A DNA stretch of 64,000 nucleotides from Desulforegulaceae bacterium (lineage in GTDB: Bacteria; Desulfobacterota; Desulfobacteria; Desulfobacterales; JACKCP01): NCBI GenBank assembly GCA_034006035.1, contig JAVETN010000003.1, positions 74,472 to 138,471 on the forward strand. Direction: 5' to 3'. The notes below the pieces were generated by a model that had not been told where the DNA came from, searched no databases, and saw nothing but the letters and a program-made list of their open reading frames with translations. Every line of letters starts with the position of its first letter. Position 1 is the first letter of the stretch. A program made the translations under genes and the position numbers. Shown piece by piece: positions 40,763 to 49,345 of the stretch.

Positions 40763-41842
40763 ATGAAAATTAAAAGGCCTGTATGGTATCTTCCTGAAAA
40801 GGATCTTGTTCAGGTAATAGATCAGAGAAAACTTCCCCATGCTCTTGAGATTTTTGATATAAACAATTCAGATGATACTGTTTATTCAATAAAAAATATG
40901 GTTGTCAGAGGTGCTCCTCTTATCGGTGTTACTGCAGCCTGGGGTTTTTATATGGCAATTAAAAAAACAGGTGCTGATGATGATTTTGTGCTTGAGACTG
41001 AAAAAAAAATAAACAGTTCAAGACCAACAGCAATGAATCTTTTTTATGCTACAAAAAAAGTAAGAACAGCTGTTTTAAAAGAAAGTTCCCTGGAAAAAAG
41101 AATTGAGGCTGCAAAAAAAATTGCTGAAGAAATTGAAGCCGCAGAAGTTTATAATTGTAGAAAAATAGGTGAATTCGGTCTTGGTCTTATTGAAGATATT
41201 TATTTAAATAAAAAAGATGTGGTAAACATTCTAACACATTGCAATGCAGGATGGCTTGCTTGCGTTGAATATGGAACTGCAACCTCTCCAATTTATTTTG
41301 CCCATCAAAAAGGAATTCCGGTTCATGTCTGGGTTGATGAAACAAGACCTTTAAATCAGGGTGCAAGACTCACTGCGTGGGAGTTGATGGAAGCAGGGGT
41401 TCCATTTACTGTAATTGCAGATAATACAGGTGGATATCTTATGCAAAATGGTCATGTTGATATGGTAATTGTGGGAAGCGATCGAACCACAGTTAACGGA
41501 GATGTGGCAAATAAGATAGGAACATATTTAAAAGCTCTTGCAGCAAGGGACAACAAAATTCCTTTTTATTCAGCACTTCCGGGTTCAACTATAGACTGGG
41601 AACTTGAAGATGGAGTAAAAAACATTCCAATTGAACTAAGAAATGAAGATGAAGTCAGATATATTGAAGGCCTTGGTTCAAATGGGGTGGAAAAAGTTCT
41701 TCTTACTCCTGAAAATGCCCGGGCTGCAAATTATGCTTTTGATGTTACACCTTCAAGACTTGTTACAGGAATTATAACTGAAAGAGGAATTGCAAGGGCT
41801 GAAAAAGAAGACCTTTTAAGGCTTTTCCCTGAATACAGATAA
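40763..41842 (+). CDS. mtnA: S-methyl-5-thioribose-1-phosphate isomerase (eIF-2B alpha/beta/delta-like)
   Basis: QRKLPHALEIFDI, VRGAPLIGVTAAWG, SRPTAMNL, THCNAG, ETRPLNQGARLTAWEL, GSDRTTVNGDVANKIGTY and FDVTP. Confidence 0.88.
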   Translation: MKIKRPVWYLPEKDLVQVIDQRKLPHALEIFDINNSDDTVYSIKNMVVRGAPLIGVTAAWGFYMAIKKTGADDDFVLETEKKINSSRPTAMNLFYATKKVRTAVLKESSLEKRIEAAKKIAEEIEAAEVYNCRKIGEFGLGLIEDIYLNKKDVVNILTHCNAGWLACVEYGTATSPIYFAHQKGIPVHVWVDETRPLNQGARLTAWELMEAGVPFTVIADNTGGYLMQNGHVDMVIVGSDRTTVNGDVANKIGTYLKALAARDNKIPFYSALPGSTIDWELEDGVKNIPIELRNEDEVRYIEGLGSNGVEKVLLTPENARAANYAFDVTPSRLVTGIITERGIARAEKEDLLRLFPEYR

Positions 41843-41872
41843 AATTTTATTTTAATGCTTAAAAAGATTTGG

Positions 41873-41905
41873 GGCTGCCATACTTAGCGGCAGCCTGTTT
41901 ATTTT
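41873..41905 (+). terminator. Intrinsic terminator after mtnA
   Basis: GGCTGCC-atacttagc-GGCAGCC followed by TGTTTATTTT. Confidence 0.65.
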
Positions 41906-41993
41906 ATTATTGGAATAATTTGTTTAGCTTTTAAGCTGAATTTTTATTGTTTTTGAAGAATCTAACTTTTAGAATCAACTGCCAAATCTGTCC

Positions 41994-42692
41994 TTACCAA
42001 ACCACAGATAGAACATTTTGTATTTCAATAAATTGTTCTATGATTTTGTGTTTGTGCTTGTTCGTTAATTTTCTGCTTCGTATATCAAGGCCAAGGGTTC
42101 TTTGATTTTCTTTAATATCAGCTGAAACTGAAGTGTTTTGAACTATAATTGGATATTCCTTAAGTATTTTAAGGCATTGTTCTTCAATAAATTCAGCGTG
42201 GGTAAGTTCTGAAACTATTGAAATTTTACTGTATTTTACAGAAGGTATCATTCTGCCTATAGGATCTAATCCGATAAGGACAAAAAGGCCGATTGCTGTT
42301 CCTGCAATTGCAGGTATATAAAAACCAAGCCCTATTATTATACCTATTGCAGCAATAAACCATACGCAAGCGGCAGTTGTAAGCCCTCTTATCAAGTCAT
42401 TTGACTTAAGAATAGTTCCCCCTCCAATAAAGCCCACACCTGTAACAATCCCTGCTGGAATTCTCCAGGGGTCTATTCTAAAAACAGAGTCTACTCCCAT
42501 GGGGATATAAAACGCTTGAAGAGTTTGGGAGCTTGCCATTAACATTGTTGAGCCAAGGCATACAAAAATATGGGTTCTAAGCCCTGCGGCTCTGCCATGG
42601 AATTCCCTTTCCATTCCCACAAGACCACTTAAAAAGGTTGCAAGTAAAAGTTTAATTCCAAGCTCCATATATTCGTTTGAAATTTCAAACAT
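41994..42692 (-). CDS. mgtC: MgtC/SapB family membrane protein
   Basis: GLVGMEREFHGRAAGLRTHIFVCLGS and GVGFIGGGTILK, plus a C-terminal soluble domain. Confidence 0.85.
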   Translation of the reverse strand: MFEISNEYMELGIKLLLATFLSGLVGMEREFHGRAAGLRTHIFVCLGSTMLMASSQTLQAFYIPMGVDSVFRIDPWRIPAGIVTGVGFIGGGTILKSNDLIRGLTTAACVWFIAAIGIIIGLGFYIPAIAGTAIGLFVLIGLDPIGRMIPSVKYSKISIVSELTHAEFIEEQCLKILKEYPIIVQNTSVSADIKENQRTLGLDIRSRKLTNKHKHKIIEQFIEIQNVLSVVW

Positions 42693-42801
42693 AGCCTATC
42701 CTTTCATATCAAAAAAATTTACACTTTAATTGGTTTAAGTTAAGGACTGTTTTGAAAAAAAGTCAAATTTAAAAAGAGTTTGATTCAGTTTATTAAGAGG
42801 G

Positions 42802-45336
42802 TCAACTTAAAAATTTCTCTTTCCAGATTTCAGGCCTGTTGTAAATTTTAATTCTTTCTAAGAATCTATGAGCAAATGCTTCTTCGTAAGGTAGTTTAAG
42901 AGTTTTAGCTCTTTGGCATTCAATAATGTTTGCGGCATGAACTGCTCCGGTTACTCCAAATTCTTTGTCTGACGACATTGAGGGGTTGTGATGATATAAA
43001 ATTGCTTCAATTATTTCAAGTGGAAGCCCCCAGGCCCCCATTAAAAATGCTCCGATTATTTCATGGGAAGAGTTGAAAATCAGCCTTTCTTCTTTAATAA
43101 AATCTGAGTTTTTGTTTTCAATATTTTCAAGAGCCTGTTTGTATTCTTCAGGAAAATTTGAAGCTAAAACAAGCTTTCCACAGTCATGAATAAGGCCTGC
43201 CATAAAAGCCTGGTCAGCACTGTAGTCAGATAGACCTTCCATAATTGCTATTTCTTTTGCAGTTTTTGCTGTTGCCATTGAGTGAAAGTGGAGTTCTTTT
43301 TGAAAATTAAGGAAGTGTTTTTCAAGCTTTAGTTTTGAAAAAATTTCATGGTTCAGCACAAGAGATTTTACAATGTCTATTCCAAGAAGAACAACAGCTT
43401 CATCAACTCTGGAAATTTTTCTAGGAAGGTAAAAAAAACCTGAATTTATCAGTTGAAGTATTTTAGATGTCATTGAGGGATCTGTTGAAATGATTTCACC
43501 TGTTTTTTTTGTGGATGATATTGGCGAATTAAGTTCCCTGACTATTTCATTGTATTTTGAAGGAAGACTTGGAAGAGAGTCAAGTTTTGAAATTGTTGTG
43601 CGTAAACTTTTGTTTTTTAGAATACTTTTCATTGCAATGGTTCGTTTAATCATTGATTTAAGCTTTGAGCCGCTTACAGGCTTGTAAATAAACTGATGGG
43701 CAATTGGAACTGCGGTCATTATTTTTTTTTCATCGGTTTCTCCGGAAAGAAGAACTCTGTCAGTATGGGGAAATCTTTTTTTTATTTCTTTTAAAAACTC
43801 ATTGCCGTTTATTTCTTTCATTTTGTATTCTGTAATAATTATATCGGCTGGCTTTTTTTCCATAAATTCAAGTGCGGTTTTTGTTGAATCAAAAAAATGA
43901 AGATCCCATTGATTTTCATTGGATTTGAGCATTCTTTGAAGGCTTTTCAGGATGTTTTTATCTTCATCAACAAAAAAGATTAAAGGTTTTTCATCTGGTT
44001 TTGATTTCATCAACAGACTTTTTGATTCTTTTTTTGGTTCCGATTTTTGTGTTTCAGTTATAGCTGGAAGCGTTATTGTAAAAACAGTTCCAAATTCAGG
44101 GTTTGAAGAAACTGAAAGTTTACCATTATGCCTTTCAATTATTGCTTTTGAAATTGAAAGACCCTGACCTGTTCCCTTATTAATTTTTTTTGTTGTAAAA
44201 AAAGGATTGAAAATTTTATTTATTATGTTCTTTGGTATTCCTTTTCCTGAATCGCTTACTTTTATTTTTAAAAGGTTGTTTTCAAGGCTGGTTTTAATTT
44301 TTATAAGATGATTTTTTCTTTCTGTATTTTCCTCTATAGCATGAACGGCGTTGATTATAAGATTTATAATGACCTGGCTGATTTCTCCTGGCTGGCATTT
44401 AATTAAAGGAAGGTTGTTTTTAAAGCTGGTTTCAAGTTCTGCAGAGTTTTTCCATTTGCTTTTTGTAATGGTTACTGCATTTTCAATGATTTTATTTATA
44501 TCTGAAGATACAGCTTGATGAACAACCTGCCTTGATATGTTTCTTATGGAAAGAAGAATAGCTGTGATTTTTTCTATCCCGTCTATAGACTGTTTTAAAG
44601 CTTGGGGGACTTCATCTTTCAAATAATCCAGATCTTGTTTTTTTGCTGATTTTTCTGCATCATAGATAGTTTTTTCGTTTATTTTTCCTTTTTTTGCACT
44701 TTCAATAAATTTTGAAAAACTGGTTAATGACTCAAAAATAATAGGAAGGGATTTATTAAGAAAACTCATATTGTCTGCAATATATTGAACAGGGGTTGCA
44801 ATTTCATGCATAATTCCTGAGGTAAGTTTCCCAATTGTTTCAAGCCGTCCCCATTCAATTAGTGTATCCTGTGATATGTCTTTTATATCCAAAATCTTTT
44901 TTCTTTCAGACTTAATGTGTTTTATAGTCTTTGCAACCATGGTTTCAGCTTTGCTAAGTTTGAGCAAAGTATCTAAAGTTGAAAGGAAAAGGTTTTTATC
45001 AAGAGGTTTGATAAGAAAATTTTCGTAACCGTATTTTTTAAATTCTGGAATAAGATTAGAATTATCTTTGTTAAGTAAAATGGAAAAAATTGCTTTAAAG
45101 TTTGTTTTTGATGAATTTATTTTTTCAGGAAGTTCCTTAATACTTATTTGATCTGTTTTAGAATCCACAAAAATTATGGAAAAATCTGTTTTTGATGCTA
45201 GCTGAATAAGTTCTTCACTCGAATCTGTAAAAAACCCAAAAATATTTTTTGAATTAAGAAAGTCCTCAATCTCTGCTTTTTCTTTATCAGATTTTATAAG
45301 TGATATTATCTTTACTGTTTTTTCAGTATGATTCAT
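42802..45336 (-). CDS. Hybrid signalling protein: N-terminal REC-like domain, histidine kinase (H-box + HATPase_c), receiver with Glu at the acceptor position, HDOD domain
   Basis: H-box GIMHEIATPVQYI; N/G boxes NLIINAVHA, DSGKGIP and GTGQGLSISK; receiver FFVDEDK...ADIIITEYKMKEING...SGETD...YKP; HDOD LPSLPSKYNEIVREL...ISTDPSMTSKILQLINS...HDCGKL. Confidence 0.8.
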   Translation of the reverse strand: MNHTEKTVKIISLIKSDKEKAEIEDFLNSKNIFGFFTDSSEELIQLASKTDFSIIFVDSKTDQISIKELPEKINSSKTNFKAIFSILLNKDNSNLIPEFKKYGYENFLIKPLDKNLFLSTLDTLLKLSKAETMVAKTIKHIKSERKKILDIKDISQDTLIEWGRLETIGKLTSGIMHEIATPVQYIADNMSFLNKSLPIIFESLTSFSKFIESAKKGKINEKTIYDAEKSAKKQDLDYLKDEVPQALKQSIDGIEKITAILLSIRNISRQVVHQAVSSDINKIIENAVTITKSKWKNSAELETSFKNNLPLIKCQPGEISQVIINLIINAVHAIEENTERKNHLIKIKTSLENNLLKIKVSDSGKGIPKNIINKIFNPFFTTKKINKGTGQGLSISKAIIERHNGKLSVSSNPEFGTVFTITLPAITETQKSEPKKESKSLLMKSKPDEKPLIFFVDEDKNILKSLQRMLKSNENQWDLHFFDSTKTALEFMEKKPADIIITEYKMKEINGNEFLKEIKKRFPHTDRVLLSGETDEKKIMTAVPIAHQFIYKPVSGSKLKSMIKRTIAMKSILKNKSLRTTISKLDSLPSLPSKYNEIVRELNSPISSTKKTGEIISTDPSMTSKILQLINSGFFYLPRKISRVDEAVVLLGIDIVKSLVLNHEIFSKLKLEKHFLNFQKELHFHSMATAKTAKEIAIMEGLSDYSADQAFMAGLIHDCGKLVLASNFPEEYKQALENIENKNSDFIKEERLIFNSSHEIIGAFLMGAWGLPLEIIEAILYHHNPSMSSDKEFGVTGAVHAANIIECQRAKTLKLPYEEAFAHRFLERIKIYNRPEIWKEKFLS

Positions 45337-45351
45337 TGGGTGTTCCTGTGT

Positions 45352-46464
45352 TTATTGTCTTTTATTTACAAATTTTTCAAAATCCAAAGTTAGAATTGGC
45401 GGTTCATTGTTTTCTTCAGGTTCGGGTATATTTGAAAAAGAAGTTTCAGGTTGAGGTTTATTGTCTAATAAAATTTTTTTGATAATTTCCAGTTCATTTG
45501 AAATTTTATCTGTATTTTCAACAAATTTTTTTAAAAGCCCTAGGGCTTCAATTTTATTTATTTCTTCATCGGGTTTAAATTTGTTTTTATCAGAAGTTTT
45601 TTTGGGTTGTTTTCTTATTTCTGAATTGTTTTTTCCAGAAGACTGTTTGACAAGTTTGAGACTGCTTTGAAAAAAATCAGAACAGTTTTTTATAAAAGAA
45701 TCAAAGGTCTTTGTCTCATGGGGGGATTCATGCTCTGATTTTAAAATAAATTTTGTAATTTCATTTACTGCTTCAGAGGCAGGGCTGTCGGGGTATTTGA
45801 TAAAAAAAGGGGACTGGCTTGAAACAGAATCAGAAACTCGCTCATCTTCTGGGATCATTCCAAGATATCTGAGATCAAGCTTTATATATTTGGAAACAGT
45901 TAGATTAAATTTTTCAAAAACCTTTTTACCTAAATTTAAGTTTTTGCATCTGTTTACAATTATATTGACCCTGTTTTTGTAACCGTTGAATTTAAGCACT
46001 TTCAAAAGGGAATATGCGTCTGTAAGGGATGTAGGCTCTGGAACAATTGCAAGAACAAGAAAAGATGAGGCAAGGCAAAATGAAATAACCTCCCTGGATA
46101 TTCCTGCTCCTGTATCTATAATAATATAATCATAGCCCTTTAGGTTGGAAAATTGGTTCAAAAGACTGCCAAGGGTTTTTTTATCAATAAATTCAAATTG
46201 CTCAACGCCAGAGCTTCCCGGAATTATATCTATTTTGTTCCAGTTTTTTATTATTATTTCTTTTAGTTTCTTTTTGCCGGAAATTACGTCTTCCAAATTA
46301 ATGGAAGAAGCAAGTCCCATTAAAATATTTACATTTGCAAGACCTATGTCTGCATCAAAAAGGCAGGTTTTATATCCTTGTGAGGCTAGTGAGACAGCAA
46401 GATTAACCGCTATATTTGTTTTTCCTGCTCCGCCTTTTCCGCTTGTTATTGTGATTATTTTCAA
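45352..46464 (-). CDS. MinD/ParA/FlhG-family P-loop ATPase with a ~120-aa C-terminal extension
   Basis: Deviant Walker A TSGKGGAGKTNIAVNLA, FDADIGLANV and IIDTGAGIS. The C-terminal tail is unassigned and rich in K, E and P. Confidence 0.8.
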   Translation of the reverse strand: MKIITITSGKGGAGKTNIAVNLAVSLASQGYKTCLFDADIGLANVNILMGLASSINLEDVISGKKKLKEIIIKNWNKIDIIPGSSGVEQFEFIDKKTLGSLLNQFSNLKGYDYIIIDTGAGISREVISFCLASSFLVLAIVPEPTSLTDAYSLLKVLKFNGYKNRVNIIVNRCKNLNLGKKVFEKFNLTVSKYIKLDLRYLGMIPEDERVSDSVSSQSPFFIKYPDSPASEAVNEITKFILKSEHESPHETKTFDSFIKNCSDFFQSSLKLVKQSSGKNNSEIRKQPKKTSDKNKFKPDEEINKIEALGLLKKFVENTDKISNELEIIKKILLDNKPQPETSFSNIPEPEENNEPPILTLDFEKFVNKRQ

Positions 46465-46552
46465 GAAAAACTCCTTTTAATTTTTTACAACCTGATAAGT
46501 TTTATCAAATTTTTCAGGATTTATTTTAAAATGTGAACCTTTACTGAATAGT

Positions 46553-47857
46553 TTAATCTGTCTGGTTTTTTGATAAAACAGGAGAGGCCATTATTTTTAG
46601 ATTGTTATTGGGAAATTCAAACCAGAATGAGACGTTGCTGCAATCATACTCAGAGCATATTTTAAAATAGTTTTCCCTGATAAAGTCATGGAAGACTTTT
46701 CTGTCAGGGTTGAGGTTTTTGTCTTTTATAAGTTTAAGATATTTTTCAAAGAGGTCGTTTATCAGTCTGTATTGAGAATCAGGCTGGGAAATAACTGTTT
46801 TTTTGCCGGGGGTATAGGTATGTGAATGCCCTGCAATAAGATCGTTTGTTGTGTTTAAGATTTCTCCGTATAAAAGAGCATATAGTTGTTCAAACTTATT
46901 GTGAGTAATGAGAACACAGCTTATCTTTAGATCGCTGTATTTTGATATTATGTCATTTATATCTGCTACATGAGAAGGGTTGAACACTCCAATCATCAGG
47001 TTATTGTAAGTGAGTAAAATAGGAATTATAAAATTTTGTTCAGCTATTTTTCTGTCTACAATTCCCCTGAGTTCAATTTTTTGTGAGTCTGAATATGTAA
47101 AGTTTGATAGCTGTCTAAAAGGGATATTATATTGAATTGAAAGTGCAAAGTACAGTTGCTGAATAGAAATTTTTTTTTGGTTAACCAGGATACTTCCAAA
47201 GGAAAGGCCTGATTTTGATTGCTCTTTAAGGGTGTTGGAAAGTGTTTTTTCGTCTATTAAGCCAAGGTTTGAAAGAATTCCTCCCAGCTTAAGGGAGTTG
47301 TCTAGCTTAATGAAGATATGGTTAAGTTCGGAAAGGGTGACAAGATGCTGTTCATACAAGATTTCACAAAAGCTTATTTTCTTTTTTTGTTTTCTGAACG
47401 CTGCCTCAAGAGAATCTTCAAAGAGAAGACCCATGCTTGCTAGTGTTTTAGCGGCTGTCTTGAGATTTAAAACTTTATTTAAAAGAAGATTCCTTTTGTT
47501 TAAGGAAATTATATTGTTATTGGTAAGCTCATTTAAAAGTTTTAAGATGTTGTTATTTTTGCTTATATAGCTTGAAGTTTTGTTTTGATCTAAGCTTTTG
47601 TCGTTTTTAATAAGTTCTACTGCTTCCTTATAAACAGGTTTGGATGTCAATAGTTTTGTAATATCTGATTTTTTGAGCTGGTTTTCCTCTGCAAGAATAA
47701 GACAAACAGGAGTTGAAGCTCTTTTGTTAAATAAAAAGGCTGCTGATTTTGCCGTTTTTATTTCTTTTTGACTGGTAATTTTTTGATTCACTAAAAGCTG
47801 TTCTAGTTTTGAGCAGTCAGGTTGTTTAGGTAATTCTGCTGTCATTTTTTTCCCCAT
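46553..47857 (-). CDS. ATPase-less protein with an MshEN-like c-di-GMP-binding motif pair and a T2SSE_N (GSPII_E N-terminal) domain
   Basis: KLGGILSNLGLIDEKTLSNTLKEQ-SKSGL-SFGSILVNQKKISIQQLYFALSIQ is followed by the T2SSE_N pattern (IAEQNFIIPILLTYNNLMIGVFNPSHVADINDIISKYSDLKISCVLIT). There is no Walker A. Confidence 0.6.
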   Translation of the reverse strand: MGKKMTAELPKQPDCSKLEQLLVNQKITSQKEIKTAKSAAFLFNKRASTPVCLILAEENQLKKSDITKLLTSKPVYKEAVELIKNDKSLDQNKTSSYISKNNNILKLLNELTNNNIISLNKRNLLLNKVLNLKTAAKTLASMGLLFEDSLEAAFRKQKKKISFCEILYEQHLVTLSELNHIFIKLDNSLKLGGILSNLGLIDEKTLSNTLKEQSKSGLSFGSILVNQKKISIQQLYFALSIQYNIPFRQLSNFTYSDSQKIELRGIVDRKIAEQNFIIPILLTYNNLMIGVFNPSHVADINDIISKYSDLKISCVLITHNKFEQLYALLYGEILNTTNDLIAGHSHTYTPGKKTVISQPDSQYRLINDLFEKYLKLIKDKNLNPDRKVFHDFIRENYFKICSEYDCSNVSFWFEFPNNNLKIMASPVLSKNQTD

Positions 47858-48935
47858 GATCTTTTCTTTTTGCCGCTTCCATCAATATGTTCATTAGAGG
47901 GGTCTCTATAATATTTTCATTTTTATGGCAGTAGTCTTCGATTTCAATTTCAGCTTTTTCCCAGCAAATAATAGTATAGGCAGCCTGTTTGCCAATAACT
48001 TCATTAAAAGAAGCGTCAATTAAAGAGCCTTTTTTGAAATACATGGTCCCTTGTTTGTCATCTTGAGTTATTTTAAGAGTGCAGGTTTTTTCTTCCATTT
48101 CAATCATTTGAAGAAATGTTGATATGCTTATCCCGTCAATTATTCCCTTTGGGCCCGAATAAAATTCTTCTGTAATTATTTGGCAGAGATTGTTAAAATT
48201 AATGGGTTTTTCAAAAACTTTGTCTATACCAAGTGGTTTAAGAGCGTTTTTTAAAGAGTTTGATTCATACCAGGTTGTTACAGCCACATTTATATCAGGA
48301 TAATTCTTTTTTATTTTTTTTAAAAAGCTGCAATCATCTGCTTTTGCATGAGAAGAAGATATTAAAATTAAATTTATTTTTAAGATGTTAAGAATTTGCT
48401 CTGCAATATCAATGTTTTCTGCGGTAACAGATTCAATGTTTTTTTCATTATTCAAAGCAGAAGAGATAAGATGTAATTCCTCTTCGTCTTCATCTATGAC
48501 AAGAATTTTTTTGCGATTATTTTTTTTACCTATTTGGTGAAAGTTGTCCTGGGCTTCTTTTTTTTCATTATATTTTTCAATGCCCTGTCTTATTGTTTGC
48601 TCAAGAATATTTATTTTGCATGGTTTGGTGAGAAATCTGAAGATATAGCCTTCATTGAAGGCTTTAAGAGAAGCTTTTAGTTCTGCAAACCCGGTAAGCA
48701 TTATACATATGGTGAGAGGACTTTTTTTGTTCACTTGTGATAAAAATTCAAATCCGTCCATGTCGGGCATGTTCAAATCAGAAACAATAACTTGGAAGGG
48801 TTCCTCATTATCAATAAGTTTAAGCCCTTCAGCTCCGGAAGCAGCTACGTAAACATTAAACTCTTTTCTTAAATGCCTTTTGTATCCTGCTAATATATTT
48901 TCGTCATCATCAACTATAAGCAGTTTATACTTCAT
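47826..48935 (-). CDS. Response regulator: canonical REC, degenerate second REC, C-terminal DUF4388 (PATAN-like) domain
   Basis: REC1 has LLIVDDDENI, VIVSDLNMPDMDG, LTGFA and TKP. REC2 (ILVIDEDEE...LILISSSHA) lacks the acceptor Asp. DUF4388: GISISTFLQMIEMEEKTCTLKITQDDKQGTMYFKKGSLIDA...GKQAAYTIICWEKAEIEIE. Confidence 0.75.
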   Translation of the reverse strand: MKYKLLIVDDDENILAGYKRHLRKEFNVYVAASGAEGLKLIDNEEPFQVIVSDLNMPDMDGFEFLSQVNKKSPLTICIMLTGFAELKASLKAFNEGYIFRFLTKPCKINILEQTIRQGIEKYNEKKEAQDNFHQIGKKNNRKKILVIDEDEEELHLISSALNNEKNIESVTAENIDIAEQILNILKINLILISSSHAKADDCSFLKKIKKNYPDINVAVTTWYESNSLKNALKPLGIDKVFEKPINFNNLCQIITEEFYSGPKGIIDGISISTFLQMIEMEEKTCTLKITQDDKQGTMYFKKGSLIDASFNEVIGKQAAYTIICWEKAEIEIEDYCHKNENIIETPLMNILMEAAKRKDHGEKNDSRIT

Positions 48936-49109
48936 TTTGTTTATCCAGATTAGAAAATTTAAAAATTACAGTTTATATATTGAGGCTTAGATAAGAAAAA
49001 TTCAAGGTCTTTATTCTTTATTTTGGAAGAAAATATTGCTAAAAACTAAAGTAAATTTTTTTAAAACATCAAAAAAAAGAAAAGACTATGATTTTTCATT
49101 AAGTAAAAT

Positions 49110-49256
49110 ATGAAATCATTGGAAATGATATACAATTTAATTGAAGTTGAACTTGATCCCGTGGAAACTGTGATTGCGAAAGCAGGTGCAATGAATTAAA
49201 TGGATCATGAAATTAGTTTTAACCCCTGCCTGTTTTTGAATTGTTTTGTTAATTAA
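49110..49256 (+). pseudogene. Possible relic of an AIM24/TIGR00266-family gene (N-terminal ~48 codons with an in-frame stop)
   Basis: Own translation gives MKSLEMIYNLIEVELDPVETVIAKAGAMN*MDHEISFNPCLFLNCFVN*. It resembles the AIM24 N-terminus pattern (..EVxLxxGExvxAExGAMxxMdxxI). The rest of the gene is absent. Confidence 0.3.
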
Positions 49257-49345
49257 TTCTTTTTGTATTATTATTGTAAAGATATGAGGTTAATGCTTGA
49301 TGAGTTAAAAAATCAGATGGCTGTAAAATTTATACAGGTGAAAAA

